NCBI GenBank assembly: GCA_036528635.1
Contig: JAIGNE010000043.1
Location: 166,622 to 230,621, forward strand
Direction of reading: 5' to 3'
DNA: 64,000 nucleotides
Source of the DNA: Deltaproteobacteria bacterium
Lineage (GTDB): Bacteria; Desulfobacterota; Syntrophia; Syntrophales; Smithellaceae
The stretch's first letter is position 1; every line of letters starts with the position of its first letter. The notes under the pieces are model-generated. The model did not search any database. It was not told where the DNA came from and was given only the letters and a program-made list of their open reading frames with translations. Position numbers and translations under genes: made by a program. Shown piece by piece: positions 1 to 8,511 of this stretch.

Positions 1-645
1 AGGTCGATGAAATCGGTCATTGCTTTTCTTGACCATCTCGGCGGGAATTAAGCTCGGCCCGGCAAGAATTTCTTCTGCATCTATGGACATGACCAAATTA
101 ACATTTTCAAATTCCGGCGGTAATTCTTCTAAAGGAATTCGTTTCCATTTCTTATCTTCGTATTTAAAGATGACATACGGCGGATTCGGACGGCCCCATC
201 GGTTATAAGAAAAACATCCATAGTTTTGCGTAATAAGGTAAGGCGTGTCATTTTTAATATGCAGTGCGATTAATTTGAAATTTGCGGTGCGAATACCCTC
301 CGTCGGGCCATCATTCCAGACTATTTTTTCCCCTGTTTTTGGGCGTTTAAAGCTCAGGGATTGCTCCTTGAGAAGCGCGCTCTTCTCCAACGTATATACG
401 TTCATGCGCTTTTGCCACCGCTTCACAACGATTTTGCTCCCGTCATGCAAAAGCACTTCTTCCTTCCAGGTTGCATGACCCAAAATGCCCAAGTACCCGC
501 ACATATTGATACAGGTAAGCCAGGTCAAAAACAAAATCAGCAGGATCACAAAACCGATGCGACGGATAGCACGGGGATTCTGCAAATAAAATCCTTTCAG
601 ACTGGAAATAAAACCACCCCCGGCATGTCCATCCTGACCTTGCAT
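1..645 (-). CDS. hypothetical protein with N-terminal membrane anchor (partial; C-terminus runs off the window start)
   Basis: Reverse-complement translation from ATG at 645..643 reads MQGQDGHAGGGFISSLKGFYLQNPRAIRRIGFVILLILFLTWLTCINM... with no stop before position 1. A hydrophobic signal-anchor follows the start. It is absent from the ORF track because no stop lies in the window. Confidence 0.4.
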   Translation of the reverse strand, partial: MQGQDGHAGGGFISSLKGFYLQNPRAIRRIGFVILLILFLTWLTCINMCGYLGILGHATWKEEVLLHDGSKIVVKRWQKRMNVYTLEKSALLKEQSLSFKRPKTGEKIVWNDGPTEGIRTANFKLIALHIKNDTPYLITQNYGCFSYNRWGRPNPPYVIFKYEDKKWKRIPLEELPPEFENVNLVMSIDAEEILAGPSLIPAEMVKKSNDRFHRP

Positions 646-664
646 ATTCCTTCGTTTCTGTCCT

Positions 665-1903
665 TCATATTAACGCCGCCAGAAATTTCCCTGCGGAAAC
701 AATTCTTCCACCCTTCTGCAGCAGATCAACTTTGTCCTTCTTAACAATCTGATAAATGTAAGGAATAGACAACCGGTCCCGAAAGTAGAGTAGGTTTGGA
801 GATAAGACCTTATCATTTAACTTAACCTCAACGGCAAACCAGGGTTTCCCGTCAATCGTCACCAGAAAATCAACCTCACGTTTATCCACGTCTCTCAGAT
901 AAGAAAGCTCCGCCCGGTATCCTTCCTCGTCCGTAATGAAGTGGACAAACTTCAGAAGATGGGAAGCAATCAAGTTCTCAAACCGTTTCGCTTCATCCTC
1001 CACTTCCGACCAGTCCCAAAGATAGAGTTTCGGCTCTTTTTTGAGCGAGCGGATTTTTTTTGATGAATAGGGGGATATCCGGAAGTGGTAGTAGAATGCT
1101 TCCAGAATATCCATCCAGCTCGTGACGGAACGATGGCTGACTTCAAGGTCTTCCCGAATCGAATTAAGCGACAAGCTTGAGCCGACTTTATCAGGCAAGA
1201 TGTCGCTTAAAAGCTTCATTTTAGCGATATCGCGAATGGCTTCGACATCCTGAATGTCTTCCCGGAACAGTCTTTCAATTTTTTCGTTGTGCCAGCGTCT
1301 GAGTAGCTTCGGGGTTTGTTTGGTGAATGGTTCGGCAAAGCCTCCGAAGGTATCGAGCGTGCTCAGAACATCGGTGTGATGATGATGCCCAAGCGCAAGT
1401 TCGCTGAAAACGGAGATGCTGTTATAAATTCCCTCCGCTTCAGCCAGTGTGAAGGGGTGAAGACGATAATAATGATACCTCCCCTGGAGAGAATCTCCTC
1501 CTTTTCTGTATAGATCGAGCCTCGCGCTGCCTGTAACGAGGAACTTCATCTTTTCTTTATGCTTGTCATATTCGCCCTTAATCAATCCCTTCCATTGTCT
1601 GAATTTATGGATCTCGTCAAAGATCAATAGTTCAGCGTCGCCCGGCCAGGTTGCTGTCATGATGGCCTTGCGATCCGCCCGATTGTCCCAATTGAAATAG
1701 GCGGAATTTTTAAAAGCGGCACCAACGAAACTCCGGCACAGCGTCGTCTTCCCCACCTGGCGCGGTCCGCCTACAAAGACCATCTTATCCCTTAGATCAT
1801 CAATAATATACTTGGTAAGGTACCGTTCTTTCAACATGACGGCATTATACATAGCTTCTTCGTAAAAGCAAAATAATTTGCTGATATTTTTGCTTTCGCG
1901 CAA
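665..1903 (-). CDS. AAA-family ATPase (DUF4143-type, COG1373-like)
   Basis: Walker A GGPRQVGKTT and Walker B LLIFDEIH. The size and C-terminal DUF4143-like region match this family of ATPases. Confidence 0.75.
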   Translation of the reverse strand: MRESKNISKLFCFYEEAMYNAVMLKERYLTKYIIDDLRDKMVFVGGPRQVGKTTLCRSFVGAAFKNSAYFNWDNRADRKAIMTATWPGDAELLIFDEIHKFRQWKGLIKGEYDKHKEKMKFLVTGSARLDLYRKGGDSLQGRYHYYRLHPFTLAEAEGIYNSISVFSELALGHHHHTDVLSTLDTFGGFAEPFTKQTPKLLRRWHNEKIERLFREDIQDVEAIRDIAKMKLLSDILPDKVGSSLSLNSIREDLEVSHRSVTSWMDILEAFYYHFRISPYSSKKIRSLKKEPKLYLWDWSEVEDEAKRFENLIASHLLKFVHFITDEEGYRAELSYLRDVDKREVDFLVTIDGKPWFAVEVKLNDKVLSPNLLYFRDRLSIPYIYQIVKKDKVDLLQKGGRIVSAGKFLAALI

Positions 1904-1921
1904 ATATTCAATTAGTATTTT

Positions 1922-3352
1922 TTATGGTTTCGCTGATATTTGTTGCAGGCCATCCAGAATAAATGCGAACTCTTCTTCCGCCACGGTGCGCAGGTCGAGG
2001 AGAATTTCATTTTCGTTAACACGAACGATTATGGGCGTTGCCGCCTTGCGCAAATTGGCCTCCATCCGGCTGGCCGGCATGGTTGCGTGCTGAACGGCAA
2101 CCACGATGGTGGGAATGTCCTCCGTCGGGAGCGACCCTCCGCCGGCGGCGGCTGCGTCTTCCCTTATCTCAAACGTCAGCCCGGCAAGATCGGCCTTTTT
2201 GAGCTTATGGATCAGTTTGCGCGCCCGCTTTTTGACATCGGCCAGCGGTTCGGTCAGCGCTTTGAGCGATCGCAATTTTACGGCGGCATCCGCTCCGGCC
2301 AGGTAGTGCATCAATGTCGCTTCCAGCGCGGCGAGCGTAAACTTGTCGATCCTGAGCGCGCGGTTGAGCGGGTTTTTTTTAATGCGGGACACCATATCTT
2401 TTTTACCGACGATGATGCCCGCCTGCGGGCCGCCCAGGAGCTTGTCGCCGCTGAACGTTACGACATCGACCTCGGAGGCCAGCACTTCGCGGACCGTCGG
2501 CTCGTGCATGAGGCCGTAGCGTTCCAGATCGATCAGGCAGCCGCTGCCCAGATCGTCGAAGACCGGGATACTGTGCTGTTTCCCCAGCGCAACGAGCGGC
2601 GTGAGTTCCGCTTCTTCGGTGAATCCGACAATCCGGTAATTGCTGGTGTGGACCTTTAAAATAACACCGGTATTTGGGCCGATGGCCTTTTCATAATCGG
2701 CCAGACGCGTGCGGTTGGTGGTGCCGACCTCGCGCAGGATGGAATTGCTTTTGGTCATGACATCCGGAATCCGAAACTCGCCGCCGATTTCAATGAGTTC
2801 GCCGCGCGAGACAATCGCCTCTTTATTTTCCGCCAGGGTATTGAGTACGAGCAGCACGGCCGCCGCGTTGTTGTTGACGATCAGGGCGTCTTCCGCGCCG
2901 GTCAATATGCAGATGAGCCGGCTCACATGGTCGTAGCGCAGACCTCTTTCGCCGCGATCCAGATTAAACTCCAGGTTGGAGTAGCCCCGCCCCACCTCCA
3001 GAACGCGATCGAGGGCTTCCGGGCAAAGAGGCGCACGCCCCAGATTGGTATGCAGGATGACGCCGGTGGCATTGACGAGTCTGCGCAATTTGTAACGGTA
3101 AAGTTCATCAACAATTTCCATAACGCTCCCGGCGGCGGATGCCGCGTCGGAAGCAACGTTCGGCAGGTGTTTGTCCGGAGCGGTCAAAATGATATCCCGC
3201 AGTTTCTGCACAGTGTCACGGCAGATCTCCAGGATGATGTCCCGGGACGCTTTTTCAGAGATGCCCTGCCGCTCCAGAAGTCCGATCACCTCGTCAATTT
3301 TCGGCAGATTTTTCAGCATTGCTTTTCTTTTGTCATCCATAACTTTCTCCAT
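1922..3352 (-). CDS. selA: L-seryl-tRNA(Sec) selenium transferase (selenocysteine synthase)
   Basis: FSGDKLLGGPQAGIIVGKK is the SelA PLP-lysine signature. Length is about 470 aa. Confidence 0.9.
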   Translation of the reverse strand: MEKVMDDKRKAMLKNLPKIDEVIGLLERQGISEKASRDIILEICRDTVQKLRDIILTAPDKHLPNVASDAASAAGSVMEIVDELYRYKLRRLVNATGVILHTNLGRAPLCPEALDRVLEVGRGYSNLEFNLDRGERGLRYDHVSRLICILTGAEDALIVNNNAAAVLLVLNTLAENKEAIVSRGELIEIGGEFRIPDVMTKSNSILREVGTTNRTRLADYEKAIGPNTGVILKVHTSNYRIVGFTEEAELTPLVALGKQHSIPVFDDLGSGCLIDLERYGLMHEPTVREVLASEVDVVTFSGDKLLGGPQAGIIVGKKDMVSRIKKNPLNRALRIDKFTLAALEATLMHYLAGADAAVKLRSLKALTEPLADVKKRARKLIHKLKKADLAGLTFEIREDAAAAGGGSLPTEDIPTIVVAVQHATMPASRMEANLRKAATPIIVRVNENEILLDLRTVAEEEFAFILDGLQQISAKP

Positions 3353-3360
3353 TTATGCAA

Positions 3361-3404
3361 AACAAGGGGTTGCAGCCGCCCTGCGGGCGGCAAGACCCCT
3401 TGTT
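3361..3404. repeat. nested palindromic element in the selA / hemW-like spacer
   Basis: Perfect 10-bp outer stem AACAAGGGGT/ACCCCTTGTT encloses a perfect 7-bp inner stem GCCGCCC-TGC-GGGCGGC. It shares the AACAAGGGG...CTTGTT architecture with the 61247-61292 element. Confidence 0.6.
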
Positions 3405-4667
3405 CTAGGGAATCAGGCCGGCCTGCTGGCGGCAGAAGTCGCGGAAGTTGTTCACGGCGATAAAAAATTCCCGCATCATGATGACCCACAAATAACGTCC
3501 GCGCGGCGTCAAATGCAGGTTGGGGGAAAAATAGCGAAACGACCCGGCCAGCGTAAAGGCGGCCATTTCCTTCCACAGGGTCCGGAAAAATTTCCCGTTG
3601 TATTTCTTCTCCAGGTCATTGACGTTCATTCGCGTGCTGAACAGCTTCATCAGGAAATCATAGCGCATCTGATCGGGTGCGGCAAACTTCCGCGCCGCCT
3701 GAAGAGGAAGTTTGCTCTGCATCAGCTCGGAAATGTATCGGTCGATGTCAAAGGTGTTGGCGTAACACACGCCGTCCAGATAGCCGATGGCGCCGCTGCC
3801 CAGGCCCGCATATTCGTCAAAATCCACGACATATTCATCAATGAGTGACCGGGCGGCTTTCTTCCTGGAAAAGCACCAGGCGGAAGAGGAGTCATAGTTC
3901 GCCTCCATGCGCCTCAGAATTAGATTAAAATAGGATTGCTCCCGCCGGAAATTGACGTCTCCCAGTTTCTCCTGCATCAGGCGCCGGGTCAGCGTCGAAA
4001 CCATCAACGGGTAGAAAGTGATCTGCTGCATCTCCAGTTTCGTTAAAACATCCAGATCGGCGGCGAGCATTTCACTTGTCTGTTCGGGAAAATTAAAAAT
4101 CATATCGGCGTTGAGGGTGTCAAACTTGCCCAGGGTGTCGGCGAGGCGCCCGGCAATCTCAGCGCCCGCCCCGTATTTGTCATACCGCGCTATCTTTTTC
4201 AGCAGGTCATCATTAAAGGTCTGCACGCCCACGGAGAGCCGGTTCACGCCCGCCTGTTTCAGGACGGCGATATTGGCATCCGTCAGGTGATTCGGGTTGG
4301 TTTCGACGGAAATGGAGGTAATGGGAAACACGTCGCGGGCCAATCGCAGCGTCTCCGCCAGTTCATCAATCAACACCGTCGGCGTGCCGCCGCCGACATA
4401 AATACCGGAAAAGCGGTAACCACTTTGCCGGTAAAGCGCAATTTCCCGGCGCAGGGCGGTATGATATTTTTTCGCGAGGGGCTCATCCAGGCGGACGCGG
4501 TGAAAAGAGCAGTAGGGGCAAAGCTCTTCGCAAAAGGGAATATGGATATAGAGCAGACGCTGTTTTTCATCGGTGCAGGAAGGAAGAACGGGCGCGATGC
4601 CATCCTCAAAATTAAGCGCAAGGGCGAACTGCCGTCTTGCCGTATGGGTAACTATTTGATTAATCAC
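3405..4667 (-). CDS. radical SAM protein, HemW/HemN-like (oxygen-independent coproporphyrinogen-III oxidase family)
   Basis: CxxxCxxC radical-SAM motif in IHIPFCEELCPYCSF. Size and GGGTPT motif are typical of the HemN/HemW family. Confidence 0.8.
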   Translation of the reverse strand: MINQIVTHTARRQFALALNFEDGIAPVLPSCTDEKQRLLYIHIPFCEELCPYCSFHRVRLDEPLAKKYHTALRREIALYRQSGYRFSGIYVGGGTPTVLIDELAETLRLARDVFPITSISVETNPNHLTDANIAVLKQAGVNRLSVGVQTFNDDLLKKIARYDKYGAGAEIAGRLADTLGKFDTLNADMIFNFPEQTSEMLAADLDVLTKLEMQQITFYPLMVSTLTRRLMQEKLGDVNFRREQSYFNLILRRMEANYDSSSAWCFSRKKAARSLIDEYVVDFDEYAGLGSGAIGYLDGVCYANTFDIDRYISELMQSKLPLQAARKFAAPDQMRYDFLMKLFSTRMNVNDLEKKYNGKFFRTLWKEMAAFTLAGSFRYFSPNLHLTPRGRYLWVIMMREFFIAVNNFRDFCRQQAGLIP

Positions 4668-4812
4668 AACTCATTTCCAATCTTTCATCATCTTAAAATG
4701 AATGGATGATCTGTTTAACAAAAGATGGAACAAATTTGCAAGCTTCGTTTACTTGAAATAACACCCGATCGGTGTTATAGGCCAAAGAAAAATTTCCCAA
4801 CCGGTGACAGAC

Positions 4813-5370
4813 ATGGCCGCAAAAAGAGTCTTAACCCTCTGGAATGATGAAGGTGTCAACGAAGCAGACACGTCCGTTCTGAGAAAAAAGTCAGTGGAAT
4901 TAAAAACGCCGCTCGCTAAAGAAGAGCGGGAGGAGATCAAGGCGCTCATCGACTCCTTCACCTCTCGCGACGACGCCTCGGGTCTTGCCGGGCCGCAAAT
5001 CGGCATCAACAAAAGAATTATTATTTTCCGCAATAAGACCGTCGATGAAAAGAAGAAAAAGATGAGCCCGGATGACTACGATGTGCTGGTCAATCCGCGC
5101 ATTACCCAGGCGCGCGGTGAAAAAGTGACGGCGGCGGAAGGCTGCCTCTCCTGCCCGGACATTCAAATTGAAGTCAGCCGTTTTCCGGAAATCAAAATCC
5201 GCGCCTTAAACGAAAAAGGCGAAAAAGTCAGCAAGCGGTATCTGGATTATACCGCCCGGGTCGTGCAGCATGAAATCGATCATCTGGACGGCAAACTCAT
5301 CGTGGATTACGAGGGGAACCTTTACTATCCGAAAAACAAGCAGGCTTTGATCGATAAGCTTTTCAAATAA
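4813..5370 (+). CDS. def: peptide deformylase
   Basis: Three Def motifs are present: GLAGPQIG, EGCLSCP and QHEIDHLDG. The ORF track begins at an upstream GTG (4804); the ATG at 4813 is the more likely start. Confidence 0.85.
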   Translation: MAAKRVLTLWNDEGVNEADTSVLRKKSVELKTPLAKEEREEIKALIDSFTSRDDASGLAGPQIGINKRIIIFRNKTVDEKKKKMSPDDYDVLVNPRITQARGEKVTAAEGCLSCPDIQIEVSRFPEIKIRALNEKGEKVSKRYLDYTARVVQHEIDHLDGKLIVDYEGNLYYPKNKQALIDKLFK

Positions 5371-5399
5371 TCGCCAAATTCATTCAGCGGGGACCGTCC

Positions 5400-6491
5400 A
5401 TGAAGAAAACGCCTTTATACGACAAGCATGTTGCCTTGAACGCAAAAGTGATTGATTTTGGCGGTTGGGCGATGCCCGTTCAATACACCAACGTCATCGA
5501 AGAACACAAAGCAACCCGCGCCGCCGCAACCCTTTTCGACATTTGCCACATGGGAGAAATCGAAGTCAAAGGAGCACAGGCTGTTCAACTGCTTCAGTCG
5601 GCGCTGACCCGCGATCTCGCCGGGCAAAAGACCGGGCAGGTCAAGCTCTCCGCCCTGCTTAACGACGCGGGCGGCATCATCGATGATTTAACCGTGTATA
5701 AAATGGCCGAAGATTTCTACACGCTGGTGACCAACGCGACCACCCGCGAACGTGATTTTGACCGGATCAAATCCATCCTCGCCGAAAAGAAATTCAACTG
5801 CCGGCTGGAGGATGTCAGCGATAAAACCGGCAAACTGGATTTGCAGGGCCCGTATGCGGAAGGAATTTTACAGGCGCTGACGCCGGTCAATTTAAAAACA
5901 CTGCCCTATTACCATTTCATCGAATCTCAGGTCGCGGGCCTCGCGGCGATCATATCCCGCAGCGGCTATACCGGTGAAGACGGATTTGAAATCTATGCCG
6001 CTGCCGCCAGGATTGGCCTGATCTGGGACAAATTGATGGAAGCGGGCCAAGCGTCGGGAATGAAGCCGGCCGGACTGGGCGCCCGGGATACGCTGCGCCT
6101 GGAGGCAGGGATGATGCTCAACGGCCAGGATATTACAGAGGAGACAAGCCCGCTCGAAGTGCCTTACAGTTGGCTCGTGGACTGGAACAAGGATTTTGCC
6201 GGCAAGTCCGCTCTGTCCGCTATTCGGGATCGCGGCATTCAGAAAAAACTGGTTGGATTCATGATGACCGGGAGAGGCATTGCCCGCCACGGATATCAGG
6301 TCAAAAGCGGTGCGAGGGCCATCGGCCTCGTGACATCCGGCACCTTTTCTCCCACATTAGGCAAAGCGATCGGGCTCGCATTTGTGGATATTGAATTTGC
6401 GTCTCCGGGTACGGAAATATCCATTGTTATCCGCGACACGACGAGCGAGGCTGTCGTGGTTAAGCTCCCTTTCTATAAAAGACAAAGGTAA
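5400..6491 (+). CDS. gcvT: glycine cleavage system aminomethyltransferase T
   Basis: N-terminus MKKTPLYDKHVALNAKVIDFGGWAMPVQY is canonical GcvT. 363 aa. Confidence 0.95.
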   Translation: MKKTPLYDKHVALNAKVIDFGGWAMPVQYTNVIEEHKATRAAATLFDICHMGEIEVKGAQAVQLLQSALTRDLAGQKTGQVKLSALLNDAGGIIDDLTVYKMAEDFYTLVTNATTRERDFDRIKSILAEKKFNCRLEDVSDKTGKLDLQGPYAEGILQALTPVNLKTLPYYHFIESQVAGLAAIISRSGYTGEDGFEIYAAAARIGLIWDKLMEAGQASGMKPAGLGARDTLRLEAGMMLNGQDITEETSPLEVPYSWLVDWNKDFAGKSALSAIRDRGIQKKLVGFMMTGRGIARHGYQVKSGARAIGLVTSGTFSPTLGKAIGLAFVDIEFASPGTEISIVIRDTTSEAVVVKLPFYKRQR

Positions 6492-6619
6492 AGTATCGTG
6501 AATCTGAGATATTCAGGCTCTCATGTTATTGAAGGCAGCGAGACCGGCGTATGACCTAAGGTCACACGTGCCGGGACCTTTCTATAAAAGACAGAAATAA
6601 TCCGCAAAGGAGAATTGTA

Positions 6620-7018
6620 ATGTCCAAATCAAACCCGACCGACAGATTGTATTCCAAAGATCATGAATGGGTCAAAGACAATGGCGACGGGACGGCCATC
6701 GTCGGCATTACCGATTACGCGCAGGAGATGCTGACGGATATCGTTTTTGTGGAGCTGCCCCCGATCGGCAAAATAGTGGCCAGGGGCGAGCCGGTCGCCG
6801 TCGTCGAATCGGTTAAATCCGTATCCGATGTTTATGCGCCGGTCAGCGGCGAAGTCGTCGATGTGAACACCGCTCTGGAAAACGCCCCCGATCTGATTAA
6901 TTCGGATGCTTTCGGCGATGGCTGGATTGCAAAATTGAGACTGGCCGATGCGGCGGAATTCCAATCGCTGATGAACGCAGACGCTTATGAAGCTCTGATC
7001 AAAGAGGAAAAACACTGA
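6620..7018 (+). CDS. gcvH: glycine cleavage system H protein (lipoyl carrier)
   Basis: Lipoyl-lysine motif ESVKSVSDVYAPVSGEVV. 132 aa. Confidence 0.95.
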   Translation: MSKSNPTDRLYSKDHEWVKDNGDGTAIVGITDYAQEMLTDIVFVELPPIGKIVARGEPVAVVESVKSVSDVYAPVSGEVVDVNTALENAPDLINSDAFGDGWIAKLRLADAAEFQSLMNADAYEALIKEEKH

Positions 7019-7020
7019 TT

Positions 7021-8346
7021 ATGGATTACTGTCCCCACACCCCAGATGATATCGCTCAAATGCAGGCGGCCATCGGCGTGAGAAGCGTTGAAGAACTGTT
7101 TGCCGATATCCCGGTGAAATTCCGGTTGCCCAAAATGCTCGACATTCCACAGTCTCTGTCCGAGCAGGAAACCATCGCGCTCATGTCGGCAATCGGCAGG
7201 AGCAATCAGCTTCCCCGATTGACGTTGACCGGTGCGGGCGCCTATGCCCACTTTATTCCCTCCGTCGTCGGCCACATCGTCGGCCGCGCCGAATTCTATA
7301 CCGCTTATACGCCTTACCAGGCGGAGATCAGCCAGGGCCTGCTCCAGGCGATTTATGAATACCAGACGATGATCGCCCGTCTGACCGGAACGGAAATTGC
7401 CAATGCGTCCATGTACGACGGCTCTTCGGCCATGGCGGAAGCGGCCGTTTTATGCTGCAAGATGTCGGACCGCACAAAGATTCTGGTTGCCCGCTCTGTG
7501 CATCCCGAATACCGGCAGGTTCTGCAGACCTATGCCTGGGCCAATGGTTACACAGTCGTAGAAATCCCCTATGCCCCGTCGGGTCAGCTGGACAGGACGA
7601 TTCTTGAATTAAATCTCGATGACAGCGTCGCGGCGGTGATCGTCCAGAGTCCGAATTTTTTCGGCTGCCTGGAAGATATCGCGCCGGTCGCCGACGCTGC
7701 GCATCAAAAAGGCGCATTGCTCATTGCCGGCTTCACTGACGGAACATCTTTGGGGATTCTGAAACCGGCGGGCGCCTCGGGCGCGGATTTTGTCGTCGGC
7801 GAAGGGCAAAGCTTCGGCAACCCGCTGAACTTCGGCGGCCCCTATCTGGGGATCTTTGCCGCACGCGAAAAATTCCTGCGGCGCATCCCGGGAAGGCTCG
7901 TCGGCGCGACGGTTGATAAAAACGGCAAGCGCGGCTTTGTGCTGACTCTGCAGACGCGCGAACAGCATATCCGCCGCGAAAAAGCCACATCCAACATCTG
8001 CTCCAACGAGGCGCTCTGCGCTCTGGCGGCCGGCGTCTATCTGACGGCCCTGGGAAAGAACCTGCGGAAACTGGCCCAGCTCAACATTTATAAAACGCAA
8101 TACCTCAAGTCCAAACTGCTCCCATTGTCCGGCTGGAAGGCGGCTTTCCCGTCACCTGTCTACAATGAGTTCGTTATGTTTTGCCCCGATGCCCGGGCGG
8201 CAAATGAAAAATTGAAGAAGGAAGGCATTGTCGGAGGCTATGCATTAGCAGCTGACTACCCGGAACTGAAAAGCGCGCTCCTTTTCTGTGTAACAGAACT
8301 GATCTCCAAAGATGATATGGATCGGGTGGTAGAAATCTTAAGGTAG
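7021..8346 (+). CDS. gcvPA: glycine dehydrogenase (decarboxylating) subunit 1
   Basis: N-terminal half of P protein (MDYCPHTPDDIAQM...). Immediately follows gcvH. Confidence 0.95.
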   Translation: MDYCPHTPDDIAQMQAAIGVRSVEELFADIPVKFRLPKMLDIPQSLSEQETIALMSAIGRSNQLPRLTLTGAGAYAHFIPSVVGHIVGRAEFYTAYTPYQAEISQGLLQAIYEYQTMIARLTGTEIANASMYDGSSAMAEAAVLCCKMSDRTKILVARSVHPEYRQVLQTYAWANGYTVVEIPYAPSGQLDRTILELNLDDSVAAVIVQSPNFFGCLEDIAPVADAAHQKGALLIAGFTDGTSLGILKPAGASGADFVVGEGQSFGNPLNFGGPYLGIFAAREKFLRRIPGRLVGATVDKNGKRGFVLTLQTREQHIRREKATSNICSNEALCALAAGVYLTALGKNLRKLAQLNIYKTQYLKSKLLPLSGWKAAFPSPVYNEFVMFCPDARAANEKLKKEGIVGGYALAADYPELKSALLFCVTELISKDDMDRVVEILR

Positions 8347-8390
8347 CGAGGTCTGTAATAAACAACTGCCGTCCGGCACTGAATGATCTT

Positions 8391-8480
8391 CCCCCTTTAT
8401 TAAAAGGGGGATCGAGGGGGATTTTTCAGATGCGCAACGAATAAAATCTCCCCTGGCCCCTCTTTAACAAAGAGGGGAAA
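8391..8480. repeat. cluster of G/C-tract hairpins in the gcvPA-gcvPB spacer
   Basis: CCCCCTTT-ATTA-AAAGGGGG (8-bp perfect stem) and CCCCTCTT-TAACA-AAGAGGGG (8-bp stem), plus further CCCC/GGGG tracts. They sit in a 165-nt spacer between two genes that are usually adjacent. Confidence 0.6.
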
Positions 8481-8511
8481 TATCGGCATCCCCCAAGAGA
8501 GGCGATTGATC

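Noticed and set aside
20-744. Small + strand ORFs at the window start (20..208, 245..478, 361..744)
   Set aside because: The minus strand here carries a continuous, start-to-window-edge ORF with a plausible signal-anchor N-terminus. The + strand ORFs are short and overlapping.
1940-2659. 239-aa + strand ORF antisense to selA (similar cases: 2927..3463, 3171..3848, 14194..15279, 23310..25010, 28571..29407, 36223..37128, 39340..40065, 44332..45603, 47373..48128, 50108..51202, 51750..52883)
   Set aside because: These are long open frames on the opposite strand of well-supported genes in GC-rich DNA. Their compositions are biased (R/G/A/P-rich) and they have no recognisable motifs. They are typical shadow ORFs.
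5371-5399. Glycine riboswitch upstream of gcvT
   Set aside because: Only 29 nt separate def and gcvT. No GGAGAG...ACCGAAGGGGCAA-type tandem aptamer is present here or in the def upstream region.
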